64,000 nucleotides of DNA, taken from assembly GCA_973895155.1 (NCBI GenBank), contig OZ316894.1, forward strand, positions 11,944,828 through 12,008,827, written 5' to 3'. This DNA is from Marsupella aquatica (Eukaryota; Plantae; Marchantiophyta). Made by a program: the position numbers and the translations under genes. The notes beneath the pieces were generated by a model, which worked only from the letters and a program-made list of their open reading frames with translations, did no database searches and was not told where the DNA came from. Every line of letters starts with the position of its first letter. The first letter of the stretch is position 1. Shown in pieces: positions 34,711 to 49,260 of this stretch.

Positions 34711-36356
34711 TCAAGCAGGCCCGGCGCTAGCACGGAACTTAGGCCGTCGTTGGGATCTAGAAGACACATCTTGCTCTTGGCGCTCCTTTTCCCTTAATTT
34801 CTTTCTGATCTCCTTCTTACGTTGCACAATCTCTTGATACAATCTCTCACGATACTCTACTATTGTAAATCTGCAAAAGTATGTCAAATTGATAGTTCTG
34901 ACAAGATAATCACTAACTTGAGTTCTACCATGCCACAATGATTCACTTCAATCTCTTTTTTAAGATAACCATTCAAATTGAAGCAAAAACTGGTTTATGT
35001 TTGAAGCTTGAGCAAGTGACACGATTTGATCAAATTCTGAAAGGCATGACATCATGATCGTGACCTTGAAAAAGCTTCCAAACGTGAATACATAAGAAAG
35101 ACTGAAGCAAGAAGCTTAATAATTACTTGGTATTGTCATCAATTGGAATCTGGATAGTCCGAGTACAGATTGGCTCTTCACTGGAATTGTGAAACTGTTG
35201 AATATATGGATGTCGCAAAGCACCCTACATGCAAGATTGTATACCATATTTCACTGTTAGAAGCACAGCATGAAATGGTTTTCAAAACTAGATTAAATTC
35301 TATAGCCCTCTTAGTATCTTGACTAGTTAACCTTACTCAACTGAGCAGCTTAGGTACACTATCATGTCACTAATCAGGCTTGAGAGTATTGATAACACAT
35401 ATCCAATTTAAATGCTCCTTGTTGTAATCTACTTTAATTTGTCTTCTAAAGCTTGCATCATGCACCTCGGCTGTTAATCTTTTCAGAGGATTAAAATGTA
35501 ACAATCTGCGTAACAAGTCCTCTGCCTCTGGTGAGGCTGTAGGGAAGACTTGGCTGAAAGGTCTGCCAAAATATCAACAAATAGACGAGATCACTGAAGA
35601 TTACTTTGCCTTAAGACATATGGAAGACTAGTTGTTGGGCCGCTTTGATAGTCACCGTGGTCTGAAATTATTATTATTATTACCATGACCAAAAATTAGA
35701 TAGAAGCCTGGATGGACCAAACTGTTTAGCAATCAACTGGGATGGACCACCCTGACCCAAATGGACTATTTTCTGAACATGTATAGTATAAGGTCTTTGT
35801 ATAAATGCTCACATTTTTTACTCTCAAAAGCTTACTAGGTCCATTCAAGTTGCTTGATTACACAGTCCATTTGAGCATCAATTTTCCAGATTTAAGTGAG
35901 GGGTTGACTTTATTGCTAGTGCACACAACATGTCAATTATGGGGACTTTAAAATAAAGTGAACTACTAATTAAACAAATAGTACTATGGACACATGATTT
36001 ATTGTATTAATCCTTCACATTCCCTATAGCAAATTCTTTCTTTGATCCTGCAAAACAGTGAATTGTTTGAGAGAATTGTTGGGGCTTATGAGTGATAACG
36101 AGAATCAATTGAGACCTTGCATGTAGCAACACTGTTGTTGTTAAATGTGTATGTAATAAGCACAGATTTTGTACCGGGTAGTTGTAGGTATATTCTCCAA
36201 CATTGTCATTGCAAATGGCGACTCTAAAGCAGCTACATCTTCCTTTGTTCACCACACACATTCAAGTCATATTACTCATCTGACTTGTCAGAGTAGTGAG
36301 CTTAGTTATTCATCTTTAGTTTTACTACTGTTACAAGCAAGCATGGAAAGCATTAA

Positions 36357-36410
<54 letters not shown>

Positions 36411-36411
36411 A

Positions 36412-36467
<56 letters not shown>

Positions 36468-39400
36468 AAAATAATGGGACTTTGCATAGTCAATACAAAC
36501 CAATCTATTGACTTCAAGTCCTTAAGAGAAGTACTGACTCCTACCGGAGCAGGGCGACCAATAACTTCTAAAATCTTCTCAATTTGATTCATTGTTGATG
36601 TTCCTGCATCTCAACCACAAAACACCATAAGGTGGTAAATTGTACTTGAGAGTTAAGAGCATTCTCTACTTAATTCTTCTAACAACAGACCCTCTTGTCG
36701 CTATCTTTTGTACCAATAAATTCAAGCTCATTGTATTGACAAATAAATCCAAAGTTATCCCAGTAGAAAGCATTATAGAAAGGAATTGGAAGACAAAAAG
36801 ATACCAGGGAAAATTGGCTTCCCGTCAATAGTTCTCCCAAAATGCAGCCACTGGACCACACGTCAACACCAAAGGTGTACCTAGCTACCACATGAGCCCA
36901 TAAGCCAATATCATAACCCAAAAATGTATCTAGATACAACCGGATACAAAAATGACAATATTCAAAATGGTTGATGTAGATAACTTGTTCAAATATTATT
37001 CATGCTTGTGCAATTATAGTTTTGGGTAATTGCTGGTTTGGTTTTACTCAAGAGAACATCCCCATAGTTCTACAAGAATGGGTGTGCGAAGTAGGACTGG
37101 AGGTAAGAGCCGAAAGATACTCACTTTGTAGAACCAAGCAAGATTTCAGGTGCCCGGTACCTGATTTGCAACAGTAACACTTTCAGAAAGTTTAGTCTAA
37201 ACTGGGTGAGGAAATGCCTCTAGACATTTTATGGCACACTTTGTTACCATTCATGGAGATATACAGTTTCAACTAAAGAGATGTTTTCCTTGTCCTTAGT
37301 TGTGTGCTTTGGCTTTGAAGGAGTCCTAAAGTTATAGATTCTTTGGGGGTGACGACAGCCCACAAATGGGAAGTATGGAAGCAAAATGAATCCAAACTAT
37401 GAACTCAAAAAGGCCAACCCACAGTAGGGCTACAAAAGAATTCGTGAGAACAATGAAACTCAGGGGTTGAAGGGAGCACAGATGGATGTTGCAGTCTGTA
37501 AGTCTGGCGTATCTTATTTGCTTGTAAACATTATTAGTAAGGCAACTACCATGACCAGCAAAAACAGAATCTTTCAACAAAGATACCAAGTTAATGCATA
37601 CCAACGAGTTGCTACATAATCTGTAAGAATTGGCGTGTTTCCTATGTCGTCCTTAAGTTGGGCCACCTGTAAAGAGTCCATTATTTTTGTTAGTGCACTT
37701 TTAGCAATCTTTCTCATATCTCTATACAGCTATATCCTTCTATTAATTATCTACAATGCCTTCCTAGTATCTTAGAAAATGATGCTCCCATGGACGGTAG
37801 ACAGACACCATACAATTGGGATGGACTAATTGGGAATATTGCCTGTGACATTGTGAATAAAATGCGGTCCGCTTGAGTTGCAAAAATCCATGGGGCCATT
37901 TTGACAAACGTAGGGGTCTATCAGGGCTTCATTTTCTAGTATTTTAACTTATTAAAAAAGTTTATTAAACTATGTTATCATATCATATTTACAGTAATTA
38001 AAATAATCATCTGGGATAAATTAATGGAAATGAATAGAAATTTATTTTAAAATTTCACATGAAGAAAATTGAGGTGCAGCAATCTCAAACACTGAGCACA
38101 AGACAAGGAGACACAGACCGGGGTGTGCAAGCCACAGGAGAGTCATAAAGATTCATGAAGTATATTACAATATCAGAAAGACTATGCGGAATTATGGTGT
38201 AGGACATCTTTGGTGGTCATTGGTCGGACATGAGAGCTCGAGGGCTCGAGCCTTATTTTCATCAAGGTGATAGGGCTTGAAAAGGGGAAAATTGGGAAGT
38301 AAATATTGAGAAAAGGATTATGGAAGGGCCGCAGAGGAAGAGATGAAAAACATATATGGGAGCTCAATTAAATTCAAAATGGATGGAATAACAAAGAATA
38401 GATTACTCATAGGCCAAAATATAATTAAAATAATAATAAAAGAATGGCTTGAGAGACCGAAACAGAGACGTCGCATGTAGTAGTGTACAAAAATTCTTAA
38501 CCAGGCTCCTTGTAGTCAAGAGCTCACAAAAAAAAGAAAAAAGAAAAAAGAAAAAAGCTCACAAATTTCTACTGTGGATCATTGGCTATCATTAGCTTTG
38601 TTTGCGCACTTCTAATAAAGTTCTCCATATCTCTATTAACCAAGCTTCTTGTAGTCAAGAGCTCACACATTTGTACTAGAAATCATTGGCTTAAAACCCA
38701 TGATCCCCTAATAACAAGGCCCCAATACACTTTAATCCCTCAAAGATTGAAGGGACAAATCTCAAAATGCCCTTGCAGAGTTGGCATGGGCATCCTCTTC
38801 CATAAAGTACAAAGACAAAAATCTTGCAAAGGATGTTCTTTTCCATAAAGTATTTCCATAAAGTACAGAAATATACAACGACAAAAATCTTGCAAGGATG
38901 TAAGTGAATGAGGCCTCTATAGAACTTACTGATCTTGCAAGGCCAAAATCGGCCAACTTGACTTGGCATTCTGAATCCAGGAGCAGATTACTTGGCTGCC
39001 TCCATCAAGACAATTGGAGCTAAAATGTGAATGAGCTGGCTTACAATAGATCACTCTTCCATTTAAAATCCTTTTCTTTAGAATAACTGGCCCCTCAACA
39101 GTCCTCTCTAGTCAAGGTAGTTGCTTGAGTACCCCGCACCAAACTTGTCACCCCAATTGACCCATGTGCTTTTGGGTGCATCGATTCAAGGTCTATCAAC
39201 AGTCTGGATCACTCAGGGGTCCCATCAAGTAACATTTTTCATTTTGGGGGTTCCATCAAGCACCCACCTCCCTCTAGTTGTGGTTTGATTTAAAGAAATA
39301 GTGAACAAATAAACCACATCTCACTACAATTGAAAACAGTCCAAGGATTAGTCTCTTCAAAACCAAGACAACAAATTAAGTAACTTGCAATACAAACTTC

Positions 39401-41968
39401 AATGGCTGGATGCTGCTAATAGATGCAGAACTTTATGCAGGAGCACCATCACGATTTGCCAACAAGAGTTATGAGAGCATAAGATGATCTACAAAGGACA
39501 GTCACTTTGTCATTTCTTGCTCCTAATTATTTGTAGGTATTGTCATTTTGAAACTGAACTGTCACTTGAGCTTGCATGGTTGTGATTTGGACGATAGATT
39601 TGTGGTATGGATAACTAGCCTTACCTTAATATCCCTATGAAGCAGCTCGGCTGAATGCATGTATAATAAACCCTTGAAAAGCTGATACATGATAAACTGC
39701 ATTGGAAGCCGTTTTGTTGACAAACATCATGTCATCAGTACATGTCTTTGTTACTGCACACTTTTTCCTGGAACAACAGGCATCACAACAAATTGCTACC
39801 TGCTTGTGCACATCTTCAAGTATTTGAGCTCGTATCACAGCATGCAGATCAGTCTCTGCAATCATACATGCAGGAAAGCTCATGGACTCTGTTTCAAATT
39901 ATTTGTGTTTCGCTGCAATCATTACTCGAGGTGGGCTATTGGAGAATTGAGTTCCGAAGAAAATCAAGACTACAATTATTAGATACTGAATTTCTCCTCC
40001 CACCCACTACACCCATGCATCACAAGCACATTACTCATGCCTATTGAAGGCGTCCTAGGAACGAATAGGATGGTGAAATTGCAATCTGATCACTAGCCAG
40101 ATCAAAGGAGGTGGATGCATCAAGACCCCTTTTTGCTCCGTTAACAACACTGTTTGATTACTTGGCGATTAGTAGTTAAAAGTGGAATAGAATTGACACC
40201 TCACAATTAGAGAAGTGAAAGGAAGACATCATAAGGAAAGTAAATGCGATCTTCAAAGAAAAGAAAGAGGAGAAAAGTTTGTCATTTCGTGTGTAGCTGG
40301 ATCTTCAAAGTAGATGGTTGAGAACAGTACCCATGTATTCAAATATAAGATAGAGATCCCGATCGTTCTCCGCCTTCAATACGTTTAGCAACCTAGAACA
40401 TCCCGCCCACGAATAAGATCAGTCAAGGATTCTAAGTTCTTAAGTAAGCTTTAGATTTTTGCTGATGCACAACATACTTCACGGCCATTACTCCAATATA
40501 TCAAAATGACATTGCACGAAATGCCAGACATATGACGGAGATTGAGGAGAGGTCAAAATACTTAATAATGTTGTCATGATCATTCATCTCTTGCAAGAAC
40601 ATCACCTCTCGAAATGTCCTCTGGAAAACGAGAGAAGAAAGAGTCAACAATTGCTTCAATGGCCCACATTCATCAAGATATAGAGTGAGAATGCAATACT
40701 GATTGAGCTCAAACAGATTTTCTTGAACATTTAGAGTTCCATCTTGAAGGTCGCCAACTACAAAAGCATATGCGGACATGTGGACATGGGGAAAAAGAGT
40801 TACCTGAGCATCTGTTGCATTTTGAAAAGCATCAAATATCTTCTTAAGAGCCACCACCTCATTTGTTCTTCTATCAATGGCTTTCCACACAATCCCGTAG
40901 GCCTAGTGATGGTGTCGACATTGTCAAGCACGTCAGGAATGATTATAGTGCGCTTGTATGACTTAGGTGGCCAAACAACCATTGAATGATGTCTACAAAG
41001 CTCATATGTCAGCACGCACTACTGGAGGCATGATCATTAAGCTTCTCGCAACTTTCTCTTACCAAAATCGCTAATATAGTTTACAAAAGCTAAGCACAAA
41101 ATGATGTCAACCTGTCCTTTGTCACATATTAACAATCATTCATTGGGGTTTCTTTCCATCACCAAAACGTTTAGTTGTTAAGGATCCGACATACAACCTA
41201 AAACCTATGATCAAATTAACATTTGATTCAAACTAAGGAAACAGAGGAGCGTCAACTATTATCTCTAGAAACATGCGTTAGGCATAGAAAGAAAACTATG
41301 TGCTCATTGTGGACAAGAGATTCCGATATTTCAAAGCTGAACAATTTGCATGCCTGAAATAAGTTCTAGAAGAATTTGACTCCGAAGATAAAAGATCAAG
41401 TCATTGATCCAAGAATTTTGAGATGTTTTGTTACCCCTTTTCCCAGCTTCTGGCACACATGATATTTGCGGAGCACATGCTTGTCAATGTCTTCTGTCAT
41501 TTGCACCTCTAAATTAGCCTGAGAGGCACGCCTTGCTTTCGACAATTTTTTGGATCCACGGGACCTGTAGTTTTTCGAAACCTTAACTAGCTTCAGAGCG
41601 TTTGTCTCCACATTCACATTCTCCTTCATGTCCCATGTAGAGTCTTCGAATTCCCATGGTATCTGAGGTGTAGATCTTATGTTCTGTGGAATTTCCCCAG
41701 AAGTCTCACCTTCTTGGTGTGATGGTTTCTTCACAAGCGCACTTGAGTTCTCTTGTGTTTGCTGCTTCTTCGCCAAGTTGCTTTTCGTAAGTTCCTTGGC
41801 TTGTTGGGGTGGGCTTTTTGAGAAGCTTGATCTTCTTTTCGCGACACTATTCTTTGAAGACTTTTCTGATCCCTTATCTTGTTTTCCGGAAGATGAGGAT
41901 GCCTCTGTCGTGGTCTCCACTGTCACAATCTCCTTTCCCTTTGCATTTGGCTTGGATGACATGGACAT
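34711..41968 (-). CDS. MAPK15: Mitogen-activated protein kinase 15 (ERK7/8-like, TDY motif). Exons: 41968(or 41500)-41435, 40902-40804, 40620-40562, 40392-40331, 39855-39800, 39696-39625, 38995-38930, 37666-37602, 37160-37125, 36880-36805, 36603-36545, 36242-36175, 35562-35466, 35224-35127, 34870-34711
   Basis: GT-AG exons splice to [85 protein letters not shown], which is diagnostic of ERK7/MAPK15. Exon 10 is one base short as given. Confidence 0.9.
36361..36466. repeat. Compound (TA)n-(GA)n microsatellite in a MAPK intron
   Basis: Directly visible. Confidence 0.95.
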
Positions 41969-44620
41969 TCCAGCAGCGCATCGTTCTTACTCCACTCATC
42001 CAAAATCTGCCCTACTGCAATCAAACTCTCATATACATCCATCTTGCTTGCCTGACCCTACCATATTGCTTGAATATGTTGCGACGATTTTATACTGAAG
42101 TGAGGTATGCCACCAGGGCTCTACTGGTTCTCAAAAAATCCATAGATATCGTCACTTGTTTGGTAAATGTAAAGCATTGTCTAGCTTCAATCGCTGATCC
42201 TTAAAACGCTAGTTGTATCGTAACCTCTCAAAGCATGCCGCGGAATTACCCTGCCCCTTGGTAAATCTCGTGTGCTTGATTGGCTGTCATAATGGGATGA
42301 CCCGCCATTCCACCACAAAGTTCATTACATCAATTCAAGTTTGCTCTCCTGCTGCTAAGTTTTCCCTAATGAATGGAGAGGTATGTATGTCAATGTAATA
42401 TAATAAGTCATAAAACGATAGGCAAGAACGGTTCCCAGTAATTTTAGGCACAAAAAGCAGGTCCCTCCACTTGAACGGAATCGAGAACCTTTACCAATTA
42501 GATACAAAATGGGACTGGGAAGATAGAAAATTTCTCATGCCTGACCCAGAGGATTCTTAGCTGCATTCCGAGAACATTCTGCTATTTGAAATTCCCGTAC
42601 TGAATAGACAACCGCCCGTTTGCTTTCATGCTCAGTATCATAATTAATGTGAGCAAGATTTGCAAACTCGACACAAATTCAGAAAGTCCCAGTGGTAGTT
42701 TAGAATAAATTTTAAATGAGATATATGGTTAGTTGATCAGCCAATCTTTTTTTAACAGCAACCTTTTCTATCCGTGGACTGGACAATCGCGAGAGGAACC
42801 ACAAGAGGAAACCCCACAACAACCTTACAATGTCTCGGACTTACCTGAAAAATAGGACATTCTCATGGGTTTTGCACGCAACAGAGTTTGACAAGGCATC
42901 GGCATTTCTCAACGTTCCTCCTGATTTTCCTGCAGTCCCATGAAAGTTTCAGGTGCCATACATTTTGTACCCCCTTTCGTTCAATGTCTGCACCAATAAC
43001 GCTCTGCACTCGTTAGCCTTCCAGTGTATTGGATCGGACGAAGTTGGATTTGAGGCATTAACTACTCGAGGACGATAGAAAATTTATCAATCCCAATGTC
43101 TTGTATCACCCGGAATCTAGGACGTTCCCTTTCCTGCAGACGCACATCGGATAGACAAAGAACAGCTTCTAACTCATCGCAAGCTTACAAAAACTAATAC
43201 TCTAAAGTGATCATGGATCTCTTGGGAGAGTTTGATGAAGATAACTTAATGCCGTAAATTTGTTCATTCTAAAGAGACTCAGAGTACTGGGAATGTACAG
43301 ATCAGCAGTACGTTTATGCGAGATCAGCAGTACGTTTATGCGAACAATCTACAGCCACTCCGAGCAATGCATTGTTTAGGTTGAAATAAAATATGTGCTA
43401 ACAAGAAAGTTAGGAAACCAAGCTATCGGCTCCTGCAACAGTTCAGCTGAGACAACATAAGAAATGTCGGTAAACTTACTAGAAGGGTTTCAGAGTTACT
43501 GATCACATCAGCATCTTTGATCTCTCCTTCACTTTCTTCCCCAAGGACCGTGAGACGAGTAGTTCAGAATTCCCCTTTCAGTAACTTTTTTGGCTACGAC
43601 CTGCACCATATTGTCAGACAATAAGGCAGCAACAACAATTTGTTGTTAAAATCTTGGGCAGGGCTCACAAAACCTGACACAAAACCTAATTCATAAGATT
43701 CGGGGATTTCTTCCAATCTGCTTTCCATCCAATGTTGTCGCGAAAAGAGACTACCAAATCCGGGTCCTAAACTAGAAGTAGCAGGTTAAGATGGTTGTTT
43801 GACATGTGCATAATGTAATATTTCTTCCCACTGTATTGGGCTGGATTGGGGGGCTAGAAACTGTTCTTCAAAAACAATTCACAGTGAAAGTACATAAATT
43901 TTGAATACGGATGCTCAGATACCATAGACGGATTGGATGACCAGTGAGACACACTTTTTGTTCTGCTCTAAGATCTGTAATTTCCTTAACGCTGAATTTT
44001 TGCTCCTCAGAAAGCTTTTTCTCTACACACATAGATGAAGAAGATAAAGCAGATATGAGCAACTCACCTTGCCAATCAACGAAGCAAACAGAATTGCCTG
44101 ACTTAAGCTTAAGGCCAATAAAGGCGAGGATCATGGCATTCTGGCAGTAGAACAGGAAACAGATCTGCAATAGCACCACAGGTAACAAGGTAAAGCTCCA
44201 AGACGAGAACAGAGACAAACTCAGCGCAAATAATTGGACAAAGACAGCTGAAAGCGCATCCGACTATAGAGTTGAGACCTTGAACTCTGTAGAAATCAAT
44301 TTGATCTAAATGAGGCAGAAAAATCTCTTCTGCCTCAATAGAGTCAGATATCTTACCGACTGAAACTCAGTGCCGTATGCAGATCTACAAATTAGGGTCT
44401 AAGCTTTGCCCTCATGGATCAATTACAAATATTCCAACAGCTTGGAAATGAGCTTATAATTGTGGTCACAAACATATGACACAAAAGACGAAGAATGCAA
44501 TACTGAGACTTCCCCCAAAGATTATTTTGCCACATCGCCTGAGATGATGCATGACTATCCTTTCAAACAAAACATTTGTGAATCATTTGTGGAGCAAAGG
44601 ATAGTCATGCATTATCTGAG

Positions 44621-44915
44621 ACCAGTCATGAGGTGGTCTAAACTTCTAAACAATGGTGAATCATGACCATGTGTAATGAGTGGAAACTGCTACAGTCGGG
44701 TGTCTATCAATCTTACATTTAAATCATGACCACCTCATGACTGGTGTGAGACACTGAGACCATTATCATCTGAGACCAGTCAAATGATTAACCTTAGACC
44801 ACCTCATGACTGGTGTCAAACAAAACAAACAATCCACAGCAGCATTTACTTGGGGCCACTGTTTCCCATGTAAGATTGACTGACACCCTACTGTAGCAGT
44901 TTCCACTCATTACAC
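44621..44915. repeat. Two interleaved inverted-repeat sets
   Basis: ~48-bp IR at 44671-44718 and 44868-44915. ACCAGTCATGAGGTGGTC at 44621 has reverse complements at ~44728 and ~44798. Confidence 0.7.
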
Positions 44916-46689
44916 CGTCTAGATTTAATCCTACAAAGAATGAGTAGAAGGCAATGTGTCAACCTGAGTAGATTTCATATTCCCCCTCTTTCCATGCTTA
45001 AGCATCTGAATTATAGAAAGCACTACAAGTCACGTAGGTCAAGTTATTTGCCTGGTTATTTGCAAACCATGAGTTCTTGAAAAATATAAATGAAGGGTAT
45101 TCCATGCCTGCAAGCCAGTTGTGCGGCTTGTTCAAAAGCAGTACCCAACATTGGTTCTTTAATTACCATATAGATTACAATCTTCAAACCTTTAACATCC
45201 ATCTCTCTAATAATTTGGAGATCTACAAAGTTTGGGAGCTGACTTTGCTCTCAACTTAAAGAAGCAAGCTTCATATCAAAGACTTGTAAGATGGGGCTTG
45301 TTAGTAGAAGCAAAAGGAACAGATCACAACAATATTCAAGCGTACCTGTAGCATATCCTGAAAACCACCAATGTCTACATATAACAAGACGTGTTTTAAA
45401 CATCTACTGGAGGTGTAATTGTGCATAAAAAAGCAACAGCATACAATGTACATAATTAAGTATGGGCATGGATTTTCCGTACCACAATTGTTCTTGTATA
45501 TCACTGAGTGTTGTTCCTTCTAAGTGTCTGACTATTGCTATTTGTTTTGCACTTATCACAACCCCACATTTTTATATTACTTTCTACCTCTGTCGGACCT
45601 CTGTCCTCTACAATGCTTCCTTTGTTCCATGATTTCAGGAGAACCTACACTTAGTGAATCATGGACAAGCAGGAGATCCCATCCAATCCTAAATCATAAC
45701 AAGGAGCCAGTTCAGCTGATTGACACCTACTTCCTCCTATCTTGGACTTTGGGATGGATGAAAAGCCTCTACATTCAAGGCTTTTCAGTTAAGTTCCTAT
45801 CTCTGTAGGGCTTTAGTTCTCTTGTTGTTGTTGAGGACTCTTGGGCTTTCTGGCTTTTGGGTATTTTTTCTTTGTTTTTCGTTTAAAGGTTTCTTGCCTT
45901 TGGAATCTTGTCTCCTGGTCTGGTGCCTATGGTTCTTTGGCAGTCTTTATCTACTTTAAAGTATTGCTTCTCTTATACATGGAGTTAGTCTTGCTTTGTC
46001 TTATTTGATTACAAACACAGCTCAAGAAAAATGTGCCCAGATCCTAAGAAAATAATGCCTGGCGCTCACCAGACCAAATCAGAGCTAAATCTATCATAGC
46101 AAAGGGAGGCACTCCAAAATATTTCAATAATGTCAGAAACCTAATGGCCAGAAATTAATGCAGGAAATTATATAAGGAATATTCAAACATTATTTGGGGT
46201 GAAAATCCCTAGAAGTGCCATAGTGGCATTGTCAGGCTGTGGCCTGTTGCCCAAGCCCTGGGCACATTCAGGGAGACGAGTCAGTGAGAAGTCATGAACG
46301 GCTTTTGGACGTCTGTTGCCCGGCCGTTGCCCCTAAACCCAGATATGGTCTCTGAACCCCACCCAAAAGAGGGTGTTCTGTGTAAAAAACAATATGCCGC
46401 CATAGATTTGAACCCTGCACCTCAGCCTCCCCACTCAAGTCATCTACCACCATGCCAGAGCCTGTTGGAAGGAAGACGTTCCTCATCCCAGGGTTTTAAC
46501 CTCTGATCTGTTCTTACTTTGGGCAGCAGGTACTGAGAGTCATAAATGACTTTCCAGGGACAGTTCCCCCCCCCCCCCAATCGTGGCACATGGTATGGAT
46601 CAAATACTAGCAATGGGTCCACTCTTTTTTAGAGCAAGCTGTGGATAAGTAATAGATCATCCCAGTGTAAAAGTCAAGGTCAACCTAAT

Positions 46690-47300
46690 CTTTAAGGTTT
46701 TTCCTTTTTTGCTAGTGTGGCATATGGCAGGTAAAGCAGACGATGCATTAGAGAAATATTCTTCATCTGTTTTTCCTGCATTGTTTCCTGACCCTCAGAT
46801 CTCCCTTGATTCAAGGATGACTGCTAGATTCTAGCCAATGGGGCATATGGCTAGGTGGGAAACTAGTTAATGAGAGACATGAAACCAAGAGAATTTTTGC
46901 CAAAAGTGATGAAACTTTTTGGAGAGGTGGAATCTAGCAAAGTTTAACCACTAAAAGAAAAGCTGGTCAAAGTTATGAGTTTGAATCCCCGGCAGGTGCT
47001 TTACTTTTGACACCAACCTCATTTAAAAGTGGGGTTCAGTCTAGCTTATGTTTAGATGCAAACTGTTGCCACAGTCCACCTCCCCCAAAAGCTAAAAATT
47101 GACCAGATTATTTATTGCCCACTAGCCAGTTTTCCATCTGGTAGAGACCACTTCCCCTAGAATCTGACAGTCATCTGTAAATGTAGGGAGATCTGACCAT
47201 CAAGAAATAATTTAGAAAAAACACACAGCAAATATTCCTAGCAGCCTACATTCGCACCGACATTCGCCACACTGGCGAGAAAATAAAAACGTTAAACAAT
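46690..47300. mobile_element. Degenerate TIR element (~180-bp inverted arms)
   Basis: CAGATCTCCCT..GATGACTGCTAGATTCTAG is mirrored by CTAGAATCTGACAGTCATC..AGGGAGATCTG. Confidence 0.5.
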
Positions 47301-48829
47301 AGGCTGGGTCAGACAAGTGCTTTGACACTCTGAAAAAAGCATGACATGATTTCATCGGTTTGTGTCAGCAGCGCGCAATCCGAATCTGATAAATGCAACA
47401 ATTCCAGAGTACAATTCGTCTCCCATAATGTGACATTCGCCCTTCTCTCCAAAAAGGTAAAGACAATTGCACCTGATTCTCTGGGCACTCAGTGACAGTG
47501 CTTTACTGTAGCGTGGTCCCTGATGGATGGAATCTTGCGAATAATAGGACTGTAATACAGGCCGTCCGCCAGTGTCAGGCTTATCTTACAAGATGTGTAC
47601 TGTAACAGGTACCAAACCGTATTTCCGTGGAACACGAACAGTTCCTCTATGCACGGTCTTTCGGGGTCCTCCAGTCCTGTCCAGCGTTTTTTTTAGTGGT
47701 GAAAATTTATTGGCTTTCCGTGTTCTCATAGCGATGTTCGACACCTAGCAAACACTGGGTCAGCCAGCATCTGACGGTTACCTTTAGATACACGGAAATC
47801 TAACGGTCAGATATTCCTGAAGTTAGTCTACGAAAATGGGTAAGAAAGACTCGTACCATCTTTTCGCTGATAGCACTTTGGGATTTTTGGTTTGTGATTT
47901 TCAGGGCATTATTTTAGAAGAATGCAAGGTGAAGATTTGGATACCTATTATGAAAATTATATTCCAACTTTACTCAAATTAGTATAAAAGTTTAAGGTCA
48001 TGTTACTAGAACATGATAGGCAAATAATAGCTCTTCAAAAACTTGAGCTGAATCTCTCTTTAGGGGGGCACTATATCACACAATTGCTGTAAACAGGTCA
48101 CTATATACAAAAGGTGACACTTATCCGTAGAACATTAAAAATGACCCCAGATCTTACTATGTACACATGGTGACATCTGTCTATAGAACATTCAAATTAC
48201 CCTGTCATCCGGTCAAGCATTTGTTTTAGTGGCAATTTGTTTTAAGTACAACTCCAGGGGCTTTCTATGTTTAACTAGCCAAAATTGGATGGTTTTCCTT
48301 TAACATCCAGAAAAAACAAGCAGTCAGAAATTATTCTCAGAAACTACTCAAAAAAATAGATGTGCAAGCCTCGTAGCATCTTCTCCTTGTCACACATGGT
48401 GACATTTGCCTATCCAGCTCAGCATTTTTCTAGTGCCCAGTATTTTCCAGATCTCACCCCACTGAAAAGTATTCCGCCACTTTGGCCTAAAATTTCCAGG
48501 CCTTTTGTTTTCTATTAGCCAGTTCACGCAGAGCACAAACCCACTAGCCAAATCTGATGGTTATTCTTGAACATTGGAAGAGCTAGCATTCACAAATCTA
48601 ACTAATATAGCACAATCAAAAGCTACTCCCTGGCCTAGTGTCTAGAGTGAAGCCTCTAGACACTGACTCTAACTAAGGGCATAACTGAAAGTGAAAGTAC
48701 AGACCTAAAACATGGATAGGGTAAAGACACAAGGTTCTGCAAGGTTTTTTCTCCTGGTCTCTATTTGCTTTCAAGTAATGGGTAATGAGGCTAAAAATGT
48801 AATATATACATATAAGAAAGACTGTTAGC

Positions 48830-49260
48830 ACCTTCTCCTTCACGCAATAAGACATTGGCCCCTAGAACATTAAAAATGACCCTAAAATATACATGTAAGA
48901 AAGACTCCTAGCCCTTCTCCTTCTCACAAGGTGACATTGGACTGTACAACATTAAAAATGACCCTTTACCCCCTTCTCCTTCACACAAGGTGACGTTGGC
49001 CTGTAGTACATCAAATATGACCCTCGATCCTCTTCTCCTTCACAGAAGGTGACATTGACCTCCAGAACATTAAAAATTGGCCCTCTACCCCCTTCTCGTT
49101 CACAGAAGGTGACATTGACCTCCTCTATTAAAAATTGACCCTCTACCTCCTTCTCCTTCACACAAGGCGACATTGCCTTCACAACATTAAAAATGACCCT
49201 CGGCCCCTTCTCCTTCACACAAGGTGACATTGACCTCCATAGCATTAAATAAAAATTGAC
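48830..49260. repeat. ~60-bp tandem repeat, about 7 copies
   Basis: Unit CCTTCTCCTTCACACAAGGTGACATTGACCTCCAGAACATTAAAAATGACCCT, with related units at 48110-48205. Confidence 0.85.

Noticed and set aside
36169-36592. ORFs containing YIYI/ERER runs
   Set aside because: Translation artefacts of the intronic microsatellite.
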